A DNA stretch of 61,813 bases, the filler included, from Platydemus manokwari (Eukaryota): the NCBI GenBank assembly GCA_037951405.1. It is 6 parts of 6 records of this genome, joined end to end, with 100 filler letters (N's around TTAATTAATTAA, not from the genome) between each part and the next. Parts side by side here need not be neighbours in the genome. Positions count along the whole stretch, not along the records: positions 1 to 9,082 come from JBBMOY011302317.1; positions 9,183 to 17,958 come from JBBMOY011351649.1; 4 more parts are not named here. One strand, given 5' to 3'. A program made the position numbers and the translations under genes. The notes below the pieces were generated by a model. The model did no database searches. It saw only the letters and a list, made by a program, of their open reading frames with translations, and was not told the DNA's origin. Shown here in pieces: positions 1 to 9,949 of this stretch (positions are counted from its first letter, which is position 1; every line of letters begins with the position of its first letter).

Positions 1-1532
1 GTTATTAAGATTGAAGGATTAAAAACTTGCAAATAAATTTCCAAATTTAGTTTAAATAACTCGTAATTTTTATATGCAGGTTTATGATTATTTTCTTTGA
101 ATATACATTTATAGACTTATTTTTAATCTCTTTTTCCGTTTAAGATTGCTAATTAATAGTTTTCCTGATTTTGAATAATTCCTCTTAATAAAAATGAAGA
201 AAATATCTTGATTTCTTAATATCTTTTGATTATTTTTTTATTAAGTCTTCTATTTTAATTTATTTTTCGAAATTCCACCATTCTCCCATTATGTCAAAGC
301 TATTCATAGCCATTTTTAACCTAAGATTTGGATTATTTCTTCAAGGAAATCTGAGTATAATTAATAAAATTTGGTAATTTCAAAGATGTGGTCTCAAAGA
401 CTGATAGTGTCTACTACCATCGTTGATGAATTGATTGGGATTATAGTGAAACTAGGAAAACATTAGTGTTGATTATTGGCGAAACCATAAACCCACAGAG
501 AAATAATAATTAAGTAGTTGCTACTAGTAGCATTAAAATATTTAAATCATTAGAACAGTGATGTGGATTATAATTGGACAAAACTTTGGACAGAAAATAA
601 AGTGAAAAGAAATCAGGTATAATAATATTTTAGTTTCTTTAATAAAATAATGTATCGGATGTATCGGATAATGTATTGCTATATCAGTGTATATCAATTG
701 AATCCAAATTTAAAAATCTTCTAGTAACAAAGGTTTTGATCAAAATTCGTGAAACATTATTGATAATGAATAATCTGAATATTTCTCCATCGGATTTTAA
801 AAATAAATAACATATCCGAAATCTTTTGCATTATTTTGGTCCTCGTGTAAATAGAAAAGACAATGTAGTCCATTGTTGCAGTGATATGAAGTTAATATGA
901 AGTGTTTGTGTGATAAATTAAAAGCAATTAACCGTGGTTCAGATAGTTATCAGATGAAATGATTTGAAAAAGTTATTTTATTAAATTAAATTTGATTTAA
1001 AGTTTTGTTAAAGTTTTTATATACGAATACACAAACATGAAACTAAATCGTTGTCAAGGCATCTTGTATTTCGGGAATTAGCATTAATATTTTTATCATA
1101 AACAACGATAAATAAATTATCTAAATATGACGCTATAATATTTTACAGATGTGTTGAATAATTTCAATATTCAGTAAAATACATCGTTTAATGAATAAAT
1201 ACAAAATACTTTTAATATTAATATCGAGTTTCTAAGCAACGATTGGATAGAAAATCTAAATTAAATAAAATCACATAAGAAATAATGACAGTCTATTCTA
1301 GTAAAATGAAAATATTAGTAAAATGTTAAATAATATCTTGGTTAATGAAAAAATTTGATTTTCTGATCAATAAGGATTCGACAAATATGGCATCTTGACA
1401 AATTATTAGCACAAACTTCGCATGAAACATGACCACAATAAAATGTAACACTTATGGGATGACCTCTGTAGATAACACAGGTTTTCTTAAAATTATTTCA
1501 TGACAACTGAGATGGCAAAATAATGTTTCTAC

Positions 1533-1628
1533 CTCATTTCGCATCTGTTGAATTTTGTTCTTCAATTCCTCGACTTCTTCATCTCCAGTTTTTTGAACTT
1601 CAACGGCACAAGATGAAGATGCCTCGGG
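1533..1628 (-). other. putative 96-bp coiled-coil exon (PEASSSCAVEVQKTGDEEVEELKNKIQQMRNE) of an unidentified gene
   Basis: On the minus strand it is bounded by a ttcag acceptor and a GTAGAA donor, is open, and its length is divisible by 3. A diverged paralog lies at 3175-3269. Confidence 0.45.
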
Positions 1629-2739
1629 CTGAAAGTTTGTACAGATATTAATAGTGTTTATCTCACAAATTTTAAAAAATATTTTCTAGTAATCAGTATT
1701 GAATCAAGAAATATATAAAACACTCCAATCATGATAGCACCCAAGTTGCCATGACCATATGTGATTGTGATGAAGAATGCAATAGAAAATCAAAAAGTAA
1801 GAAATTAACAATCGGGAAAAAAACGGAAAATCAGTTTATTATCCGTTCTCAAAGATCACTTAAAATCTTTTGAACTTATCTTCACAAACCTGTTTTTTCG
1901 CCACCGTTTTGTATCAGTAGTTTCCAGCACTGATTTCAAATTTTCTTCAGTTCACGTTATTGTCACAATTATTAAATTATCAAAGGTTATAATCAGCTGG
2001 TGTATTTATTATTATTGTATAATTATTCTGACTAAATAACTGTATTCCTCATATTAATCAAATAAACGTGACTTTTGTTGTGTATTTGTATAACTCGAAT
2101 TTATACAGGCAACCTAGCCTCAGCACTATTATGTTCCGGACATTGGTGGAATTGTCTAACCATATATCTCTCCTCACAGCTAATAAAATATCACAGCTAT
2201 CATCAAATTCCATCAGTAATTTGGATAAATCTTTTATTCGTCTTTATTTTTAGTTATTCAGTTTGATAAATTATCTTCTAATATTATAAAAGAAGTATCA
2301 GATAAACCTTATTGATTTTTTTGATTTACTTTAATGAGTTAAAAATCGTGATTGTTAATAATGAAATTCGAATAAGATATACCATCACATGTTTATTTAG
2401 ATAACCTTAGAAGAGTATTTGATGATAATGTTTCTGTATTTATAATAATTTTGTACTTTTGATATTCCTCAGATCTAAAAGCTTTGCGCCTTAATGTTTT
2501 CGTTCAAGGCAAAAAGTTTTTTGACCAATTTCAAGAGTTTTAACATGGTTTTGGGTTTCCTTTTTTTATGATTATCATTATTATTTATTTACTTATGCTC
2601 CTGGTTGACATTTAGATTATATTCCATTATATTCAGTTTTGAATTTATTTATTTCCATTATATGTTCATTTTTTGACTTGGTATTGGTCAATTATTTCGA
2701 AATTTCTGTTTACTTTAATATATTTTTTTTATTTAAGTA

Positions 2740-2955
2740 AGAGAAGATATAAAAATTTTAAATTGGATAAATATCTAGAGAATTTGGTAGAGATAATTAA
2801 GAATTATGAATTGAAATTGGAAAAACTTTTAAATCGCATTTTTATGAAATATTAAATTGTTTAATAATTGTTATTCGAATATCATTTAGTGACTTGAAAT
2901 TTCAGGTTGGTTTGAAGATGGGCTTGGTTAGAAAGTAACGGCTTACAGTAACCAT
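2740..2955 (+). repeat. degenerate copy of the dispersed exon-intron-like repeat family
   Basis: Contains gaagatataaa...attaagaat...tagtgac..tttcag...aaagtaacggcttaca, matching the reverse complement of the 50080-50940 units. Confidence 0.45.
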
Positions 2956-3174
2956 TTAACTAATCGCTTAGGGATGTGTTTCTGTTGGTTACTTTGTGCA
3001 TTTTTAGTGGCCCAGGCCATTTTTGTTTTTTATCTTCCATTTATTGTAATTTTACAAACTTGGTTATTTAATTCATAATTAGTTAGCTGGGACTTATGCC
3101 TTTTATTCTGAGATTTTAATTATTTTTGAAATTAAAATAACGTTCTTATTAAAATTGTAAAATAATATTTCTAC

Positions 3175-3269
3175 CTCATTTCGCCTATTTGGAAATATAT
3201 TCTGCAATTCTCAATTTTGTCATCACCTGTTTTTGGAATTTCATCAACAGGAGGTGCAGACTGCTCAAC
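3175..3269 (-). pseudogene. paralogous copy of the 1533-1628 exon, 95 bp (frameshifted)
   Basis: Same ttcag acceptor and CGAAATGAG|GTAGAA donor, and it encodes PKTGDDKIE. It is one base shorter than the first copy. Confidence 0.4.
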
Positions 3270-4031
3270 CTGAACGTTAATATTCATTACAATATTGATT
3301 TCAAAATATTTATGGTCATTAACTGGGTTTGAGCTATTCTTATTTTGAAATTACTCTAAATATTTCTAGAGTTTTACACCTAAACAATCATAAGTGCGAC
3401 GTTTACGAGACACATCTTAGACATGAAATTTATTACTTTTGGAAATTAAACTTGGTTTTTCAGATGTATCTTTATATCTCAAAATATGCGAATTCATGTA
3501 AAACTGAAATCAAGACAAACTGCTTAAAATACAAAAATGATGTACTTCATATAAATTGGTAAACCATCCTTTAAACTATGGTTTATAATGTAACTAGTTT
3601 ACCTCTAAATTTTGACTAGAAGTTAATAGAAACTGCTATTTCAAAATTCACATTTAAAACCAAATTTAGAGATTCTAACTATCCTTTTCTGCAGGTTTTG
3701 TGTTTTATAATCATTATTGTTTGACAAGAAACATGTTTCATTCCGAGATATTAATAAATTCAAAAATAGTAAGTAAAAATTAGCTTGAAACACTCAACTG
3801 TTTTTATAACATAGGGCAAAATAGCTTTGATATTCAGAAGCTTTACTAACTCATAAAAGTCCTCGATAACTACTAAATTCTTTGATAATTTGTGCATAAA
3901 TTCCATATAAAAAGTGCATCTAAATTTTTTCTTAATTCTTAACGATTTGTACTAGAAAGCTAAACATTTATCCAATGCTGCAGTAGAAATTCTTGACAAG
4001 ACAATTTTAATTAATAAAAGCAACTTTTGCA

Positions 4032-4113
4032 AATATATGAACTAGCTTACATTCATATAATTTTGTATATTATGATGTAGTATATTATATGAATGTAAGC
4101 TAGTTCATATATT
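4032..4113. repeat. perfect inverted repeat: 30-bp arms, 22-nt spacer
   Basis: aatatatgaactagcttacattcatataat (4032-4061) is the exact reverse complement of 4084-4113. Confidence 0.95.
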
Positions 4114-4119
4114 ATGGTA

Positions 4120-4352
4120 ATTAACAAAATCAAAGATTTTAAAGAAAAGCGAGTGTAAGATAGTTTATATGAATTAAATTTCAATTTAATTCAAAACAAT
4201 TTTATTCTGATTTAATTCTAATTTTATAAAAGATTAAATTGATGTAAATTTCGAATTATTTGTTTTAATATTTGGATTTAAAATAGATTGATTGTGTCTT
4301 GATTTTTAGTTTGTTTTTAATGTGAGGTTTTGAAAATAGTAGCAGCTAATCA
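4120..4352 (+). repeat. copy of the dispersed exon-intron-like repeat family
   Basis: acaaaatcaaagattttaaagaaaag matches the reverse complement of ~14069-14094. gaattaaatttcaatttaattcaaaacaat matches the reverse complement of ~32156-32186. aaaatagtagcagcta matches the family core. Confidence 0.7.
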
Positions 4353-5774
4353 GAAAAAGGATTATTTGACCATGTATGACATGTTATTTATGACATGTTA
4401 TTGACGAAAATGACATACAGGCAGATAAAGACAAGCTTAGAATAATAAAAATGTTGTTAAAGTCTTAATGTGTCATTGATTTATTGGTATAATTTGGAAT
4501 TATATGGTTAGTACAGGAGGTTTATTAAAGCCTCTGCTTGAAAATGTATATCTCGTAGTACTATTGATTTTTAATTGCCTTCCATTTCAATATTTCCTCA
4601 AGGTGATATATTTATTAAATTTTCTAAAATATATCTTTTATTTTCAAATAATGAAAATGCACTTTGTTTATTTATACTAATATATAATGTATAATAAATT
4701 AAAGAACAATGTATATTTATAATGAAATAATATGTCCCTAAAATTCTCCATTTATTTTCTTACAATTTTATATATATTATTAAAAATGGGTTCAGTGGAA
4801 TAAAAGTTAGAATTTTTGCACATTTCGGTTTGAACCTTATCAAGGCTTTTCTAAATGTGTGCTGGCTTCAAATAAACCTAAACAGATATCATTAAATAAT
4901 GTATTTATATTTATTTTATTATTTTCAATTAAATTTTGTTTTTTTAGTGCTGTTCCTATTTTTATCGGTCCTAAGCTAAAATTCACAGTACAGAGCAGAG
5001 GAAATTTGATGAAATCGAATTTTAAAATTTGTTTGCATGATCGCACTTTTTCTTTTTATTTTTAAAAAGTTTATAGGTTCTATTCTAATTATAAGAAAGC
5101 CTAAAACAACCTAGATATAATAAACACCCACACGAGCCTTTCCATCTAAGGGTGACTTTATGTACTTGAATCCATGTATGCGGCCAATTCATCAAAGATT
5201 TTAGGTCATGAAATTTTATAAAAATACATTTGGGATATGAAAGAATTTTGAAATAATGAAAATCAGATTATTTACTTTTCTATATAAAAATAGTGTTTAC
5301 CATTTTTGTCAATTAAAATATTTATTTATATTTAAATTTATAATATGAAAATAAGTAAACGAAAAAGAGCTAATTAATCAAGATTTATTTTAAATTAAAT
5401 AATTAATATTATGTATTTTAAAATATAAATCATAATGCTGACAAATTTATATTAAAAAAAAATTTATAAAAATATTTTTATTATGGTGATGCTCAAATTA
5501 CCTAATGGTTCGATTCAAGGATTCGACTAAGAAAAACGGTTCATAATGTAAAAATCTTTTTTAAAACCATTAAATTTTGAGTTTATTTATTGTCGAAAAT
5601 CTTATTACTTTTTAAATAGCTCAGTGATGTAGTCCATTCGTAATTATTAGCAGTCAAGAAATTCTGGCTGTTCATCTTCTTATCTTATCGGAGGGCAGCT
5701 CAAAATCTAAATTGAACATATATTAACAAAGCAATAAGAAATTTCCTGCTCTCGGTGGAAATCTGCTCTATTGT

Positions 5775-8000
5775 CTAAAAAAAATAAAAGCACATACCAT
5801 ACATCGTATATAAAATTCTTAACATGGTGGACTTCATGATGACAAATAAATCAAATGCATACTTTGTGTTCAAACCGATTGACCTAAGTACATAGTCATT
5901 TTGCTGATCCCATGATACCAAATATTCTACATTCAGTATGAAAATATTTACATATTGTCTAAAGTTTCTCGCAGTTTCAACCGACGAATTATCGTACTTC
6001 TTGTTATTCTCCAAATAATTTCTGTTTAAGTTTTCAACAGAAACTAACGGTACCTTAAGGTCAAGCACTAATGTTCTCTTTCCTCCCTTATCATTCGTAA
6101 GGTCTCAAGTTAGTCTTCACCTCAATTGGAGGGCAGTCAGTGTGAACATGTAAAACTAATTGTATCAATTTCTTAGAGATAACTTCTAGTACAGGATTAT
6201 ATTTAGTTGTCGTTCCATAGGAGTGACCTGCGTAATGATTAAACACGTGCTATTGATTCTACAAAAATTCCGAATTTCTGGCAATTTAGTTCCATCACAT
6301 TTTTTAAACGAAAGGACCTATTATTCAAAGGTAGTAAGTAGTAAGTAAAACCATGCAGTCTAAAATTTTCACAGATATTTTAGAGTTACAAACAACTTCA
6401 ACAATAGTATCCTGTTATTTTTTCAATTTCTAATCCAAATATATACTATATCCGTACGCGTCATAAGAGATCGAGCACATTTTATCCTTGTCTTTAGATC
6501 AAAGCATATACTGGTTATCAAAATACCCATACCTCTTATACTCTTACAATTATTATACAAGAAGTCGTTATTTGAACCCTTTAAAAAGTAACAACCTCTG
6601 GTTTGCTTTACCAACTTTTGAAATTTTTCGTCAAAACCATAGTGAGAAATCCTTCCACTAATTTGTGTCTTATCTCATGACATAAGAGATAAGGTACTAA
6701 TTTTGATATATCTAAAATGGAAGGGCATTTTAAAATGGAGGAACATTCTGAGAGCGTAAACATTTTGATATGGGTAAAGATTGGAACTCCGTAATAGTTT
6801 CAAAGAGTGAAAAACATTTATAAAGAATCGGATCAATATCATTTCTCTTATGTGAACCATAAAACCCCAAGATATTTACAGTGGTTGACTATAAATTCTC
6901 AAGTTAGTTACCATTTCAGGATATTACAGTAATAACCGCATTTACTCGGATTAAAATTTAAAAATACCTTTTTCAGTCAATTCCACTATCATATCTAATC
7001 TATCAACTAAAACAGCTGCATCTGCACAAACAATGACAAACTAGTATGGAAAGTATCACACCAGATAACGATAATGGATTCCTAAAGCTATCACAGCATC
7101 CGACCAGAAAGTCAATCGCTAAACTGAATAAAATCATGGACAAGTGGCACCCTTGCTTCACACCTTTTCTAACTTAATCTCTGATGTAACTATAGAGTCA
7201 CATATATAGGTCATAAAAACTTAAGCATAAGAATTTTTCAGTAGATCAATAGCATTATTACGAAATCTCGTAATATTCAAGGTTAACCATAGCATTTTAT
7301 GCGTATGACTTGAGAAAGCCTCCCTCAAATCAAGCCAAAGAAAGTAGCAGTTAGCTCAATTTATCCAGTAAGTATCATTTATCGAAGTAAGATAAGCGTT
7401 ATGATCAGCAGAACCATCTTGCGATAGAAATGCTTTCTGACACTTTGATATAAGTTGACCAGCAGCAATCCAATTCAACTGACTTTTGTTAATTATAGTA
7501 GTAAATGTCCTATATAAAGTGTCAATCAAGGTCTTTGTCAATACGAGACAAAGTGGGTTTCTACATCTTTCACTGTTTTTAGAATAAGACTAGTCTTAAG
7601 CGTCTTCTACTGATCAGGAACCTTCTTAGAATTTATAATTTAATTATAATATTAAGATAATGATAAATATTTAGGATTTGTATCACGCCAATTCATAAAA
7701 GATAAACCATCACTCCCTGGTACGGTGTCCGATGTATTCTGATAGGTCGAATCAATCTCTTCTACTTTTATGGGTGCAGTAGTAAAACATCTTCTTGGTA
7801 CAGAAGCATAATCTTTAGCAAAAGTTAATGGATAACGCAATTTAGTTCGAAATTTACCATGGCATAAAGTAGAGATTGCTTTATGTCGATAATCAAGAAT
7901 CCTAGATAAGTTTGTATTTGGTTCATATAGGATGAAAATTGCTACTCTTAACATTGGATGGAAACTATTTGAAGTAATTGATTAGATTTTGAAAAATTAA
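5775..8000 (-). mobile_element. degenerate non-LTR retrotransposon with restriction-like endonuclease (R2/NeSL/Utopia/R4 group)
   Basis: Minus-strand translation shows RT motifs in the expected order: PGSDGL, QKAF, WLDLREAFSS, GVKQGCHLSMILF (~7125-7164). These are followed by a decayed CCHC-like stretch (~6240-6290) and an RLE domain (LRP..., LVLDLKVP, KKYD, VSWDQQNDYVLRSIG). Many stops and frameshifts; ends approximate. Confidence 0.85.
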
Positions 8001-8456
8001 ACTTCTCAAGCAAGAATTAACACTGATGCAAAATTCCGAATCAGGAGATTGAAAATTTCTGTTATTACAATAAGAAGCGAATTGTAAGATAACTCTTGAT
8101 AAAAGAAATAAAGGAAAATGAAGCAAAAATATGTTCCAATAACTGATTTAGTTTGTCTCAAAAGTTACGTATTTCATCTGTAGGTTCGCGTTTAGGAGGA
8201 ACTCCAAAAACGATTTATTCTCTGAGATATTGCCAATAAAATAAAGCCATTGATAATTAATCGAATGTATAATGTTAGAGGTTACAACTTGTCTTAAAGA
8301 GAAGGTTATATAGAAAATGCTCTATTTACAAAAGAGGGAAGTGGTGATTGAAAAGCCATTCCATAATTACCCGACAATCTCATCCGAACAAAGCTCTTTG
8401 TCGTCGATACACTTAGTCATTCACTTTTAATAGAATTTGGTTTTCCATATCCAAAG

Positions 8457-9082
8457 TCATCTAAAATTGGTGGTTTCTTTAATTTGTAAGTATAAATTCA
8501 ATATATAATCACCATTATATTTTTCTTCTGTTAAGGCAAACTGATAACTGGTAAGATAATTACATATTTCTCTAGAGATATCTTTCTCTCTAAACAATTC
8601 ATATAGAGCTACAACCTCATCATCTAATAAACAATAGATATACCCATCATTGTATTTTAGATTATTATACTTTACATTAATTAAACATAACTCTTCTACT
8701 TTTAATGGTAACTCAAAGGTACTAAAAGTTCTCATTTCATCTCCATCATAATCACCTGACATAGAATTAATCGTTGATTGAGGAAAACACATATAATCAT
8801 TTGTTGTGAATTTTATTTTACAAGATATTATGTTAGACTGTTGTAAATATGGGCATCTATTTACTATTACACTGTCTCCATCTTGACTAGGAATATACAT
8901 CCAGTCACCAAAGTCAAAGTTAATTATATTTTTAAACTTCTGATTTTTTAAATTTATAAAAGTACCAGTTGATTTTTTATAGTAGTCAGTAACCAAGTTA
9001 AAATAGTACTCTAATTTATCTTAAATTATCCAATTAACATAGATCCTCTTAGAAATTATCGAAGCATATTTGGCTACACATA
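8457..9082 (-). pseudogene. fragment of a viral DNA-dependent RNA polymerase largest subunit (poxvirus RPO147-like); candidate endogenous viral element
   Basis: DGDSVIVNRCPYLQQSNII corresponds to the NRQPSLH motif and NSMSGDYDGDEM to the NADFDGDE catalytic motif. The pox-like stretch DEVVALYELFREKDI follows. The frame extends upstream to the contig end through one TAA at 9021-9023. No introns. Confidence 0.8.
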
Positions 9083-9182
9083 NNNNNNNNNNNNNNNNNN
9101 NNNNNNNNNNNNNNNNNNNNNNNNNNTTAATTAATTAANNNNNNNNNNNNNNNNNNNNNNNNNNNNNNNNNNNNNNNNNNNN
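9083..9182. other. artificial contig spacer (44 N + TTAATTAATTAA + 44 N)
   Basis: The identical 100-bp structure recurs five times; the 12-mer has stops in all six frames. Confidence 0.98.

Positions 9183-9243
<61 letters not shown>
9183..9243 (+). repeat. (ATT)20 microsatellite at contig start
   Basis: Read directly from the sequence. Confidence 0.95.
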
Positions 9244-9244
<1 letters not shown>

Positions 9245-9949
9245 TTGTTATTTATTATTATTATCGCTATTATCATCATCATCACCATTATCATTGTTTG
9301 GAGACAACGCAACCGTTTTCGCATAGTGCTTATCAAACTCTTGTCTAAATAAAAATAATCCCCAACCAAAATTTTGGTAATAATCAAATTATAATGATGA
9401 GATTATATATGTGGTGACAATGGCACTATATTATCAATTGTATCATTAATAACAATACACTTTGACTAAAAATGTGGTACGAACGACAGATACATGGAAA
9501 GTCGTGATTATAAACTTCTTCATAGTATTGGGACAAATTCATTTTTCAAGATGATGAGTGTCTGCCTGCCAAATTGGAGATATATCGACAGATAATAGTT
9601 ATGTGATAATTTTAGAACTAGCAGTATCTCACTGTTAGTTCTTCCAGTAAAATATTTGACGTATTTTTTGGATCAGTAAAATAATCTTCTCTGTTCTGGA
9701 TCGTAATCACGCTTTTATCTATTATCATGTCTTCTCTACTATAAAATGTGGCATGTAATAATTGTGACTGGTGTCTTATATAGATATCATCGGGTCATCT
9801 AATTATGTTCGAAATAATAAATGAAAATCTTTTAATTTGATAACATAATCATCGATATTAACACTCATAAGGTTTGTTTAAAAGCTGCACTTTTTCCGCG
9901 AATCAATTATTTAAACAAATATCACTTGTTTGTTTATTCGACTACGTTA

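Noticed and set aside
5485-5530. GGTTCGATTC B-box suggesting a tRNA or SINE
   Set aside because: I could not build a cloverleaf or find an A-box.
8457-8996. Host RNA polymerase I/II/III largest-subunit exon
   Set aside because: The invariant cellular motifs are altered (SGDYDGD, NRCP), there are no introns, and the downstream sequence follows the viral pattern.
9127-9138. Recurrent TTAATTAATTAA as a biological repeat or CRISPR-like element
   Set aside because: It is always centred in exactly 44+44 N, so it is an artificial six-frame stop linker.
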